Below, piece after piece: positions 41,046 through 57,114 of a stretch of DNA of 64,000 nucleotides. A program made the position numbers and the translations under genes. The stretch is from assembly GCF_009914755.1 (NCBI RefSeq), contig NC_060931.1, one strand, 5' to 3'. The notes below the pieces were generated by a model that worked only from the letters and a program-made list of their open reading frames with translations, had not been told where the DNA came from and did not search any database. The DNA is from the human T2T-CHM13v2.0 reference genome, Homo sapiens. Positions within the stretch are counted from its first letter, which is position 1. Every line of letters begins with the position of its first letter.

Positions 41046-41109
41046 AATTAAAGTAGTTGAAAAAATATGCCAAAAATGTTTTTGGCATATTCTTTCAACT
41101 TCTTTAATT
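41046..41109. repeat. Near-perfect inverted repeat, 31-bp arms, 2-nt centre
   Basis: aattaaagtagttgaaaaaatatgccaaaaa-tg-tttttggcatattctttcaacttctttaatt; 29/31 Watson-Crick pairs. Confidence 0.92.
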
Positions 41110-41317
41110 CCATGTCCTTTCCATTTGATATCATAATCTTCTCTCTTTGAAGATAATTATAATAATTACACGTGAACACACAGATGTAAGAAATATATAT
41201 GTATATATTTATCTTACTATGTATCTGTATATATATCTTACTGTGTATATGTGTACATATATATCTTAGATCTAAAACAGTAAATTTATGAAGCCATAAA
41301 AAATGTAAATGACTAAC

Positions 41318-41533
41318 CTGGTGTTACTACTACTCCATTTCCATTGACCACAGGCCTCTCTTCCTCTTCCTCCTCAGGAGGCTCTATACTGGCTTTCTCC
41401 ATGTTGCTCACTGATTTATTCCTCTTCCGTTTTCCTTCAGCACTTGGAGTGGCTCCTGGAAGTATCTGGTCTGTTACATTTAACAATAATGGTGCTGGTT
41501 CTGCTGGCGGCTTTGGGGTACCGTAGTAATTGT
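41318..41533 (-). CDS. MAGI2: MAGI2 internal coding exon (reference exon 4 by recall), 216 nt: (D)NYYGTPKPPAEPAPLLLNVTDQILPGATPSAEGKRKRNKSVSNMEKASIEPPEEEEEERPVVNGNGVVVTP
   Basis: Peptide (ORF 41313..41588) recognised as MAGI2 GuK C-terminal/linker region. Acceptor tttgcag|AC, donor CCAG|gttagt, phase 1-1. Confidence 0.97.
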
Positions 41534-42267
41534 CTGCAAACAATACCAAAACATTCTTGGAGTTAAATATTTCTTCTACCATGTACATAATTTGTGAAGA
41601 ATGGAAATTATATTAACACATTTTTATCCTATTTTATATGTACATACATAGACACATACATATATATATATGGTTTTCTATCTATGTGTCTCTCTCTATA
41701 TATACATATTTGTTTGTTCCTTCTGTTGCGTTGGACTTTAATGCTTAGAGATATAGATCTATCTTTATTCTCATCTTTGTGCCAAACCAAAATATAGTCT
41801 TATGTATTATTCCCAAGCGGTACATAGTTAATTTTAAAATTATCCGAATTTTTTATAACAAGACTTGATTATAACCTTTTAAAAAATAATTATGTTAAGA
41901 GTACAGGTAATTTTTTTTTAGTGGGGTAATCTCACACTATTCTGAAAAGGCAAAGCACGTTCTGCTATTCTGTAGCTTTCAAAGGATTATGGCTATTGTC
42001 CTTGATGTGCACAGCATCCTGCCTAGAGCTGTATCCCCGTGCCAGTCTAGTGGTTCCCATGGCTGCTGACAGTGCGCCTGCTGCTCTATTCACTCTTCAG
42101 ATTACCACAGCTTTTTTTTGCCCATAGCTCCATTATCTGAGCTATGGAATCATCTGTTTCACCCAACCATCTGCAGCACTTTTTTGAAAAGAGAATCATT
42201 CTTATTTATTCCCATATTAAAACCTAGCATATAATCATGGAATAAATGTTTATTAAGTGATCATCTT

Positions 42268-42567
42268 TATTATTTCATTTTATTGAGACAGAGTCTTGCT
42301 CTGTTGCCCAGGCTGGAGGGCAATGGTGCAATCTTGGCGGACTGATACCTCCGCCTCCTAGGTTCAAGCAATTCTTGTGCCTCAGCCTCCTGGAGTAGCT
42401 GGGACTACAGGCGTGTGCCACCAGTTCTGGCTAATTTTTGTATTTTTAGTAGAGATAGGGTTTTGCCATGTTGCCCAGGCTGATCTCAAACTCCTGACCT
42501 CAAATGATCCGCCTGCCTCGGCCCCCCAAAGTGCTGGGATTACAGGCATGAGCCACTGCATGCGGCT
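42268..42567 (-). mobile_element. AluS (Sx/Sz-like)
   Basis: Reverse Alu; TSD gtga(t/a)catctt. Confidence 0.9.
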
Positions 42568-43218
42568 GTGAACATCTTGATATGTTCAAGGTAAAACACT
42601 TTATTTAAAATATCCTAAAATTTAGATTGGTAAAGAACGTAGGTCATATTTTTTTGAAATCAATCTTATAGCACCAACTTTGAACCTATATCAGTGTTTT
42701 CAGTTAATTGAGTAATTTATGCACTTACTTGCTCACTCATTAAAATCTTTATTGGTACTAAGTTATGCACCCAGGCACTCCAGTATATGTTTGAGAGAAA
42801 AAGGATGAATACAATAAAATCCTTGTCTTCCAAGATGCTCAACAGTCCACTAAGGGAGACCAAATTTGATGTCAAACAGAAAAGCATTATAACAGGAAAT
42901 AGGAGAAAGCACTGCAATGGAGGAGATACACAGGAGGAAGGAAGCACACCTCACTGTCTGCAAAGGTCACTAAACACATCTGGGTAAAAGGTGTGCTGTG
43001 AAAGGAATGACCATTAACCAGAAGACATAGAATTTAGGCTTGGCTTTTTTATATAACTACAAGCAAGTTACTTAACCTCTGTAAGGCTCAATTTCTTCAT
43101 CTGTAAGTTGGGAAGAGCAGTAATTGTTCTAATCACCTGTGTTCTGGGCTGCAAAAAACCACAGCCTACTCAAGTTAAATGTGATAGGGATGTGCTATAT
43201 AAATATATAAGATGGCTA

Positions 43219-43746
<528 letters not shown>

Positions 43747-43964
43747 AGGGGAAAGGCCGAAAAACCATGAGAAAAAATGGCAGAAACAAAGGAGCCCACT
43801 CCAGACACTTATGTTGCCTTTGATAGCCCTGAAATCTCCAGATGGTTCTACTAACAAAGGGACAACCCACAGTGCAAACTGCCTCCATGAGAATGGGCTC
43901 CAAACTGTCCTCAGCTGCTCTGATTCACTCATTTCTAGGGAAAAAAAAAAAATCCCAGGCAGGA

Positions 43965-44150
43965 TCATCTCATTGGCTGAGCCTCCATCACGTGAGAGCA
44001 CCTGGGCTGCCAAGGAAGCAGAAGAGATGTGCACTCTCCTTTGATTTCAGTAGAGGGAGAGGGAGGGGGAGCCCTACCGTCCACTGATTTTATCTCAGGG
44101 GCCTCCCCGGGTAGAAAGAGCCTCTCCCTGCCCCTGCTACCCCGCCCCGG
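43965..44150 (-). promoter_or_regulatory. Candidate intronic cis-regulatory patch (CCAAT, E-box, GC box)
   Basis: AGCCAATGAG on minus (43972-43976), palindromic TCACGTGA (43988-43995), GGGGCGGGG on minus (44140-44148), in a locally GC-rich patch. Motif matches only. Confidence 0.3.
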
Positions 44151-46613
44151 CAGAAAGGGCCTTGGAATGCTGGCAGGTAGAAATGACAAATCTCCACTCC
44201 ATTTGCCTTCTCACTGGGTTGTTGTGAAGACGAAGTAAGAATGTATGAGAAAGAGCTTTATTAAAAAAAACTGTAAAAATTGCAGTGGTTTTAACGGCAG
44301 TGTAAACTTCATGCTGGCATAAAGTGAGCAAATATTCTGAAGGCTAGCTGTGCCAATAATGCCATTGCTCATCACTATAGATATTCACAGTAAGAGAGTA
44401 ATGCAAGAAAAAAAATTAAGTTGTAAAGTGGTTCTTATCCACATACTGTAAGTATATAACTTTTTTCTTTTACAGTCGGCAAAGTGGATAATATATACAC
44501 GTTGCTAAATGTTACTATGTAATTTGATTTAGAGCATTTAAAATAAATCAGACCTCTATATGTACCAGACAAATTCTGAGCAAACAAAAACGAACAGTTG
44601 CTCCCTGGTATCAATGAACTTTTATATTTCAGCATTCCTAAAGGGTAGCACAGCTTTCAGTATGTTGCTATGCTTTCTATGGAATCTCAACACATACTTC
44701 TTATCTAATAAGCATAATGTAAAACTAAATAATCTATGCATATCTCAATAAATGATACATGATTTTAAGGTAGTATTCTAATATCTTTAATACCTTTAAT
44801 ACATAGTACTAAGCAAAATGGATCACACTTCAGTGTTTTTTTTTTCCCTATTTGTCTTGTCAATTTTAAATTTCCCTGAAGTAAAAAAACCTTTTACTAA
44901 TTAGACATAAATGCATAGCACAGGCTAAAAATAAATACTAAATAACAGATCCTGCTAAATTTATATTACTAATTATACCTATTGGTATATGATATGACTA
45001 TAAATTATACAACAATATTCTATTTCTATAAGTGTATGAAATACATCAGATTAAATTTTATATGTAAAAATATGAATCATTAGTTAAGACATTAAGATTA
45101 TCTTTATTGGCAATAATAGCAATATAAAGGAAGGACATAAATAATCCATACTCTTACTACACTTGACAAATGTAATTCATAGAGAATAAGGTACCCTAAG
45201 CCAACGTTTTTATCTCATTGCATAAGAACCAGGAAACCAGAAATACCTAGACCAATGGTTGAAGAATTAGCCAAGCAGTCAGGCAGCTAACTCATTGAAC
45301 TGACTCCCTGATATAAGTGTATACAAATAAATGTATCAAGGATAAAGTGTGCCTTTTAGGTAACGTACCAGTATGTTTTCAGAAAAAAATAAATATCAAA
45401 ACTGTTTTAAAATACAATTTGGAAAAATTGTTCCCTAAGGATGAAGTGCCTATATGCATAGTGCCTGGATATAGAAAATCTAAAATTAAAACAGACGAAT
45501 AAACAAAACCTCCACAAACCCACAACAATATGGTGTAATGCTTAACAGCATAAATGCTAGTGAGATAAACCTGACTTTGAATCCTGTGTCCCCTAATCTC
45601 AATACCTCTTTATATCCTTAAATCAATTCAGTTAAAGTGGGAAAGTGGGGATGTAAGATGACCACAGTCACAAAAGCAACTATAACTATTACTACTGTTA
45701 TTACCACTATGACTGCTACAACGTGCTAACCTGCACACCGTCATGGGCATTTTACATAAGTATTCTTGTATCAAATGGGGAGTAGAATAACTCTTTCCCC
45801 ACAGTGCTGTTATATAGATTAATGATACTAAAAGGATATATGACGTGACTAGATCAGAGTAGATGCTCAAAATAGGGTGCTACTTTTGGTATTTATTCAT
45901 CACAATACAGCATGAAGTCATTCTGCCTATGCAGTTAAGAAAATAGAGACTAAGACGTTAAACTATTTCCTAATATTATATATAAAGCGAGTGGAAAACT
46001 TATATCTCTTTGACTTAAGAACCTCATCTCTTTTGAAAATACGCTGTTGCCTTTTAAGAGAAAAAAATGTGTGATGCAATCGCAACCTGCCCAGAACTCA
46101 TAGAGGAGAACTTCATTCAAAGCCACAGTCAATGAACACAAATGCATCAGTTTCAAAAGGGAAAGGCAAAATTGCTACCAAAGCATACAGCAAGGACATT
46201 TTAGGAATTTTTTTCCATCCAGTCCTTTAAAAATAAGTGTGTGTGTGTTTGTATTTTAAGGAGAGTACAGGCTTTTCTAGAGCACTTTTCACGGAATATG
46301 TTTGTACTTGTGAAGAATCATCTATACATTAGCAGTTTCTTGTAAGTTTAATATCAAATTCCACTAACTTATTGAGTACAACAAAATGATACATAAAATT
46401 GTCCCCTTAATTCTGTGATATTTGGAAAATCTATACATTTACATAGTCTTCTTTGTAATCAATGCCTGCAAAATAAGAGAGAAAGTCATTTCAGGACCCT
46501 GACTTATTCTTCAGTTTTTTAACTACCTATGAACAGATTCTTTTTTTCATAAAGGTGGGGCTATGAAAATGTGGAACAGGATGAATGTACTCTGTTATAC
46601 AAATAGAAAAGTT

Positions 46614-47009
<396 letters not shown>

Positions 47010-49449
47010 TTAATAAATGCCCATTTACACAGGACAGTCACACAATTTATTGCAAAGGGAGAGAGACTAATTATGAGCTAAACCTGCCAGGCAAAGTCCT
47101 TGCAAAACCTAATCCCTTACCCATTTTTAGGCAGACCTGTCCCTAGGTCATCTGAAAGCAGTGAGAATAGCTTTCTAAATAACTTTTCATGTACTGTACT
47201 TGAAACCATTGTGGAATTATTCTTCTGCTTTCTCTGTAGTCAATTGACCTTTGCATAAAAGTTGTATTTTAAGTTTCTAAAGTGATGATTTTACCTTTCT
47301 TCTGATTCCTCTCAGATTTTTTCACATTGATTTAGTGGTGAGGCTAAGGGGAAAAACAGGAATATGAAACGATTTCAACGAATTTAAACTGTTTCCTTTT
47401 TTGTACCTCCAGTCTTCATTGAATGATAATAGATATCAAAATATTATTTTCTGAGATGCACCATGTTCTTTATGCTTTTAAATTCCAGTATTATGACAAG
47501 AAATAGGAAAGACACTGAAAACTAATTTTAGGTATGAGGAACTGTAAAAATGCTAGTAGCAGATACTTTGAAATACTTTCACTTACTTCCAACACCTTTT
47601 TTCTTTAAACAAGATCAGTTTTCATGATGGAAACATATAATTTGTTATTACTTTAGTTTATTTGGCTTTTTAAGTTGTAGACTCAGATGCTTACTCTGTT
47701 GTTTCAATCCTTTTGGTGTATAATAATATGTGTAGGTTTTATATCAAATAACGATAGATCCTTCCATATGGCTCCCCAGTGGAGATGGGTTTTACAAAGG
47801 TAATAAATATACTTGTCTTCAAGATACCACACAGATTAAGGTCATGACTTCTATTCCTCCCCAATATTCTCAGTCCTTTTTTCCCATTTTGGTAAATGGA
47901 AAGAATGAATTTTGGATAGTGGTTCAGCAGAAGAGAGATGATTGCCTGCAGGACCCACGGGGCATGCAAACAGCGCAGCTCATCAATGGTATTCCCAGAG
48001 AGCTTGAGGATATGTCTTCGTGTTGGAAACAATATGTGGCAAACTTTAAATGGTTGAGAATCATATTTGTTTTTATAGTTTTATAAATGAAGCAAATAGT
48101 TTGATGCTTGGCCTCTTTAATAGCACCTGCAAAAATTGACTCTGACGTTAAACAGAGAAAAGATTTAGGGTTCCAGCTGATCATAATTATGTTAGAAAAC
48201 TTGCCAGATTGTAAGTAAACAATCATTTTATACACATCAGAGATTTAGATGTATATTAATAGAAATGGATAAATCATCAAAGGACCCCAAATTCAAACTT
48301 TAAGACATGTTTAACATATTAAACAAGGGATAGTAATGAGTTAAAACTAGTACCAAAAACCATTCTAACTCATGTCACCCATGGCAAAAGAATCATAGTC
48401 ATATAGCTATAGTTAGTAAATTAGAAATTTTGTAAATATAAAATGACGTGAGTAAATATAACCCAGAAAATATTCTACTTTTCTAAAACTGGATTTTCTA
48501 CCAGAAAATAAGACAGAAATTCTTACTGCAGAATTCTTTTGTCAACCAATTTTTGAAATTATTTTTGTAAGCAGCTCTGATGCTTACATTTGGTCCTGAA
48601 AAAAACAAAAATATATCATTTCCTCATCATGTCATATGTAGTTAGCAGCTTGAAACCAAGATGCAGAAACTCCCTGACCTCGAAAGATAATGTCTTTTTC
48701 TCTTGTGGTGAAAAAGCATTAATCTTACATGTGTCAGAAATAAGAAAAATATACCAAATAGCATTTTGTCATCAATACTTATACTGAACAGTAAATTTCT
48801 GAATTTTTAGAAATTCAGTGTTTAAGTGACTTTCAGGAAGTCCACAACTGTACAAAAAGTGGGAATGTTTGTTTTTTTTTTCATACATGGAATTGAATTA
48901 TTCTTAACAAACCCCACCTAAGAATTTCAAATTTGTTGTAAATTAAATTAACGCTGGTTTCACAATATGATCTCCAATGATATACATTCTGAATTTACTG
49001 TCTTTATTATTCACCAGTGCTCTCCGGAAAGTCATGCAGATAGTTAAATTTGACTAACATTTCCTGAAACTTGTTTGCAAGTCCTCAGAGGTCACTCTGA
49101 CTGAATATTCATTTATTCACGTCAGCTAATGTAGACAGGCACAGGATAAATCTTTGCTAAATGTAATTGTCCACAGAATGGCTAGGGAAGGTGGTTTGTT
49201 CATGTAAAGGAAATTGGACACTCTTTCCTTCAGTGGCTCTTCCCTTCAGGTGTTATCAGAGTAGCTCAGAACATTTCCCACCTGCGCCAGATAGCAGACG
49301 GAAAGAAATTATAAAGAAGTCACACATGATTTGTTGATGTCAAATATACATCTGCTTCCAAAAGAAGGCATTTGAACATTTGTAACTATAACATAAACTT
49401 TAAATTCACGAGTATATCCCATTTAAAGAATGTATTAAATCCCTTAGAA

Positions 49450-49951
49450 TAGCACTATCTAGTAAAAATGGAATGCAAGCCACAGATATGAGCCACATAT
49501 ATGGAATTTAAATTTTTTTGTTTTTGCTTTTCTTTTCCTTGCTAAAGGAGATGGTTTTTTTTTTTTTTTTTTTTTTTGGGACATGGTCTCACTGTGTTGG
49601 CCAGGCTGGTCTCGAACTCCTAGCCTCAAGCCTTCCTCCTACCTTGGTCTCCCAAAGCACTGAGATTACAGGCATGAACCACCACACCTGGTCAATCATC
49701 TTAAAATTTTCTAGTTAGCCATATTAAAAGAGAAAAAATGTGAAAGTAATTTTAATATTTTTCTTTACCAATATATCCAAAATATTTTAATAATTAATAA
49801 AAAAGTTACTGTAATATTTTATTATTTTAATACTAAGTCTTCAAAATCCAGTGTATAGTTTACATTTACAGCACACCTTAATTGGGACAAGCCCCATTTC
49901 ATATATTTAATGGCCATATGTTACTAGCAGCTGCTATACTGGACAGCACAG
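49450..49951 (-). mobile_element. MER33-like hAT fossil containing a FLAM/Alu left monomer (about 49555-49693, minus)
   Basis: tactaagtcttcaaaatccagtgtatagtttacatttacagcac..ggacagcacag; reversed Alu monomer inside. Confidence 0.75.
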
Positions 49952-51080
49952 CCTCAGATAATCCCTTTCATCAAATATCATTTTAAATTACTATATTATC
50001 ACCTGAATAACTCATTTTTCTCACAAACAATAAACCGAACATCTCTGTCGTAAATAACTGAGAAAACTGAGTAAACACCAAAACACAATAACAACTGTAG
50101 GTGACAATGTGTCAATGATATTTCTCTTGTTTGATTGCTTTGGTCCATTGAGCACCTGTAAAATGTTATTAAGCATCTAGCAGATGTACATGTCTTAGCA
50201 ACACTCTCTCATTCTGCTTCCTACTCATCCATTTTTATCACTTTATCTTGTCTTAACTTGAAATATTCATTTTTAACTTTATTATTAAGATATAGGATAG
50301 AAGGTAAACAAAAAAAGAATCAATGTTTTAGGCAAATAAGCATGGACTTGTGTGAAGACACTGTTCTTGTGTTCACGGGTAGGACTGAAGCGCCCTCTTT
50401 ATAATTAGTCATAGCTCACAGACAGAGGGATTGTTGACTCATGGCAGCAGTGTGGAAACAGACAATACTCATAGTTATCCTTTTCTCTCTTGCATTTCCT
50501 CTATAACTCCCTCTCACTTTGATCCCCCATCGTGTTCAGTACCCAGTGCCTCATGCTTCTCTTTTCATTAGGCTCCTACTTTCGCACCTCATGCTCATAA
50601 CAATTCCAATTTTCTTTTTTTTTTGGACATATGATATGTGTCCCATTTCCAATTTCCTTTCAGTCTTGCCAAGTGACTGGGTTACTACTCTGAGAAACTA
50701 AACTAAGATGTCAAGGATTAAAATAGGCTTCATAGGCTCCATATGATGCTTGCATTTTAATTAGAGTTAAAACTCTAATCCAAAAGGTTAATCTTAAAAT
50801 TTGGGAAGTAACTAGTCAACCACTGGAAGAACTTATTTTTCAGAAGAGCCTTTGGTGCTCCTCAAATCACAGTGGAGGTGTTATCCTGAGTAGTAAGGGC
50901 TCCTGGGAGGGTAGATATGATGACCCTGCTCCCTCAGGGAACTCAAGCAAAATGCAGATGCAAAGATATTTGGAAAACGGTACTGAATAAAAAATAACTT
51001 TAGTATAATTCCAGTTAGTAAGAAACTTATAAGTCTATCTTTTTGAATGGAAACCTTTTGCAATTGTGTTATTAATGTAA

Positions 51081-51389
<309 letters not shown>

Positions 51390-52732
51390 TTATTTAAGAT
51401 TTTTAAGTGTCTAGTGAGCTCAATGCTTAAGAGACAATCCCGTCATGGCTCAGTACGTAAGAAAAGGAAAGTGAAATTTTGACAAATTTATAAATGGGCA
51501 TTTGTACAAAGCTCAGCAGATTCTTGTGATAGTCATCTTAATTAAATTTACTTCTTCAAAAATTGATAAAGAAAACTGAGCCTTTCAAGGACATTACTTT
51601 CTCACACAACATTTATAGCTTGTCATATAACTTCCTTCTCCCAATGGTGCTTTCAATTGTGATATTATAAAATTGCGAAGAAATTAGGAGACCTCTACGA
51701 CTATTTTTAGTCCCTGTCTTGTAAATACAATACCCAGGGAAATTTCTGATTAATTTTAATTTGATTGTTGGTTAATGATTAAAGGAATTTGCCAAATATC
51801 AAATCTCTAACCCTCAGTTGCTAATAAAAGTCAGAAAAACAATAAAAAAGAAATTTCATTTCTCCTTGAAGAATATGACTGCTAGATTTTCCCAAGCTTG
51901 ACATGGTAAGAGCTCTGACACAGAGTCAGAGGATCTAGGTTCTAAACAGGGTTCTACCACTAATCTCCTTAAATGACTGTGAACCGGGCAGCAACCTCCC
52001 CTGAACCTCAGATTCCTCACTGTGAAAATACAGAATTAGGACATACCTCTAAAATGCTCCTCACCTCCAAAATTCTGTAATGAAAAATTTTAAAGGATGC
52101 AAGGACAACAGGTTTTCTTTTTCATCATATTAGAAAGCCCTGAATTGACAATGAATAGAGAATAACAATAAACTAAAGTCAACAATTTCACTTACTTGAG
52201 AACCTGGATGCATTTGCTTTCCTGACATAATGTGGAAAACTGTCATTTGACTGTATCTTTATATGTCTTTGCACAGTCCCTTCTGGGAAAGTGATTGTGG
52301 TTGCAGAGTGTTTCTATTTTTATTCCAAGCCTTTCATTTGCATCCATCCCTGTTGGTGAATTAGAGAGTCCCTAAGTATATCTCCCATAGGATGTAGACT
52401 ATGATTACTTTGTGGAAGGTCATATATAAAGCACTTCGACTTTATATTTTAGTCTATGTGATACTTTAAAATTTACTGACTTTTTTGGAGTTGACATTTT
52501 TATTGTAATCACCTTGTGATCTGTGTGACACAAACATAAAGCCTACGTGTTAGAGTATGGTTAACATTAGCAGCAATTTAGATGTAAGTAGTACTAACGC
52601 ATAAGTCAGAAAAACAACAAACAAACCAAAAAGCTAAATAAAATTTTCTTTAGCCTTTTGGCATATAACCCTAGGCTTTGACTGCATGATGCTAGCATGT
52701 CTTACTTAACCTGGATTTTCTTTTGCCTCTGA

Positions 52733-53018
<286 letters not shown>

Positions 53019-53442
53019 TAATTCTTTAAAGGTGTAAAGGTGTATATTTTACTGAGGTATACCTCTTCTACTCATCACATTTTTATGTAACTTGGCCTTT
53101 CATACCATCCTTCAAATTATATAGCAAATTATGAAGTGTCACAAATAAGAGTTTACTTAGAAAACCTGTTGAATTACTGAGAAACGAGCACAGTAGGGAA
53201 AGAAATGTGTGGGTCAAAAAGACCAGAAAATACATAGGAATAAGAAAAGTAAGGACAAGGAGGCACTGGAAAAAGATGAGGAAAAGAGAAGATGAAGAGG
53301 AGAACACAAAAGAAGAGGAAGTGTCATGTGTAATTTCATGAAGTTGTAAGGTTCCAGTGTAATCTCTGAGGAGACATTTTGGCCCAAAGCCACACACACA
53401 TAAGGTCATCTGTGATGACCCAGTATCTGAGAAGGTACTAGA

Positions 53443-53625
53443 GCGGCACTATCCAATATGGCAGCCACTTGTTACATCTGGCTGTTGAGGACTTGAAATG
53501 TGGCTAGTTCGAGTTGAGATGTGCTGTAAATATAAATTGCACACTAGTTCTTAGTACCACAAAAGAAATAAAATATCTTAGTAATCATTTTTACATTGAT
53601 TATATGTCAAAATGGTAATATCTTC
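53443..53625 (+). mobile_element. MER33-like fragment
   Basis: tccaatatggcagccact..cttgaaatgtggctagttcgagttgagatgtgctgtaa. Confidence 0.7.
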
Positions 53626-54730
53626 CATCTCAATTCCTGGGCTAGTTCTTCTGAAAAAAAGTAAGACTCAATAAGTAGTCAACTACTAGTAAGTAATGAT
53701 ATCCATAACTAATAAGAGTGAGTGAAGGTGAGAAGGAGTCAACCCAAGGATCCAGGACAATAGACATTTGATAGGCAAGAAACTCAATCAGAAAGAGTAT
53801 CAAGAACCACGATTGGGGTTGAGCTGCTTATTGCCTGACCAAGCCAATGACAGCTGAGTGATGGGCAGAGGGGAAGGTTATCATACATCTAATCATCTTG
53901 TCATTCATGCAGCAAACATTTACTGATAGCCTATTATTTGCCAGGCACAGGTTAACTCAAGGAACAATGGTGAATGACATAAGCACAGTCCTCTTTGAAA
54001 CTTACCTTCTCCTGAGGGAGATAAATATTAATCAAAAAATCACACAAATACAAAATTATAAATTCTGACAAGAGCTAAAAAGGTCAAGTGGTGGTGTTTG
54101 GAGAACTCCAAGAAGAGTTCAAGTTAGGCTTTTTAAGAAAAAAAATTGGAATTATGATTGAATACCCAGCCTTTCTCCCTCAATCTGGGCCAAAATATTT
54201 ATGGATAAATACAGATCTTTAGGAAATGCATGTGGTTTAACCACAAGAAATAAAATTGCTCCAATGTTCTTAAACTTGTCCTAAGTAATTTTCTAAAAGC
54301 CAAATGGCTAAACTATATGGAAATGTATATATGTGTGTGTTTGTATATATATGTGTGTGTGCGTGTGCTCCCAAATAAATCAAGTTGCTTGCCAAATCTA
54401 AAATTAGCAACATTTCTGCTGATTAGCCAGATAAGCTCTTCTTTTCTCAGTTTAACCCAAGACATAGTCTCTACTGAAAAGACCTCTAACATTCACAAAT
54501 CCAAGAGCTATGCAGTTTGAAATGAAGTTTTGTTTTTTACTACATAAACCTAATTGAAGGTAGAACTGATAGCAGGTTTAACTTGATATTGACCTTTGTT
54601 TCTAGACTGATGACCAATGTAGTCTGGTCATTTCCTGCTTCTGATAGTGGGGGAGCAAGTAGAGTCAGTGAAGGAAAGGCTCCTCCATAGCACTGATGTC
54701 TAAAGTGAAATTAGAAAAAAAAATGAGTAA

Positions 54731-55026
54731 GGCCAGGTGCAGTGGCTCACGCCTATAATCCCAGCACTTTGGGAGGCTGAGGCAGGTGGATCATGAGGTC
54801 AGGAGTTCAAGACCAGCCTGGCCAAGATGGTGAAACCCCGTCTCTACTAAAAATACAAAAATTAGCTGGGTGTGGTGGTGGGCACTTGTAATCCCAGCTA
54901 CTTGGGAGGCTGAGGCAGAGAAATGCTTGAACCCAGGAGGCGGAGGTTGCAGTGAGCCGAGATCGCACCACTGCACTCCAGCCTGGGTGACAGAGCGAGA
55001 CTCCATCTCAAAAAAGAAAAGAAAAT
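54731..55026 (+). mobile_element. AluSg-like
   Basis: Full dimer, ggccaagatggtg; TSD aaaaaatgagtaa. Confidence 0.92.
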
Positions 55027-55375
55027 AAAAAAATGAGTAAAATGAAGTAAAGGCTCAAGAGGTACAGAGAGGAAAAAGCATTCCAGGCAGAGGAAACAAA
55101 TTTACAAAAGCCTTGAATCTGGAGAAATAATAGTAACTTGGAAGAACTAATAGGAAAACACTCAGGCTAGAGATAATATGGAACCTAATAGGGTTTGTTA
55201 AAGATTTGGGTCAATTTCCAAGAAATAAAAGGAAGCCCTTAGGGGTTTTAAAAGGCATTCAGATTTGTTTTTAAAACAGATGTCAGGCTGCAGGGTGTAA
55301 GATGGATTGGAGGCAGCAAGAGTGAAAAGTCTTGAGGTCAATGAGGGATATTTACAAAGGTAAAGATGTTATCTT

Positions 55376-56398
<1,023 letters not shown>

Positions 56399-56619
56399 GC
56401 TTGGGCTAGTGGAAGGTGATGGAATGGAGACAACGATGGTACCAATTAGGTTCCAAAGGAGAAAAACAGAAAACAGAGTAATGGTTAGGAAGGAACTAAT
56501 ATGAGCAGCTTGTGCTTGAAGAACTGGAAGACTTTTTCTTGATGACCTCCCCTTATCTCATTTGGAAATAAGCAATCTTGGACATATCTAAATTTGCTCC
56601 TAATACTCAGGATTTCTTT

Positions 56620-57066
56620 TTAAAAAATTTCAATAGCTTTTTTTTTGTTTTTGTTGTTGTTTTTTTTTTTTTTCTGGAGACAGAGTCTTGCTCTGTCGCC
56701 CAGGCTGGAGTGCGGTGGCGCGATCTTGGCTTGCTGGGAATAGGTAGTGTTTGGTTACGTGGATAAGATCTTTAGTGGTAATTTCTGAGATTTTGGTGCA
56801 CTCAGCACCTATGCAGTGTACTCTGTACCCAATGTGTAGTCTTTTATCCCTTGCTCCTCTTCCATGCTTCCCCCTGAGTCCTCAGTCCGTTGTATCATTC
56901 TTATGCCTTTGTGTCCTCATAGCTTAGCTCCCACTCATAAGTGAGAACATACAATGTTTAGTTTTCCATTCCTGAGTTACTTCATTTAAAATAATGGTCT
57001 CCAACTCCATCCAGGTTGCTGGGAATGCCATTATTTCATTCCTTTTTATGGCTGAATAGTATTCCA

Positions 57067-57114
<48 letters not shown>

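Noticed and set aside
41344-41526. Plus-strand ORF antisense to a MAGI2 exon
   Set aside because: It is a shadow ORF of the coding exon with a non-ATG start and no independent support.
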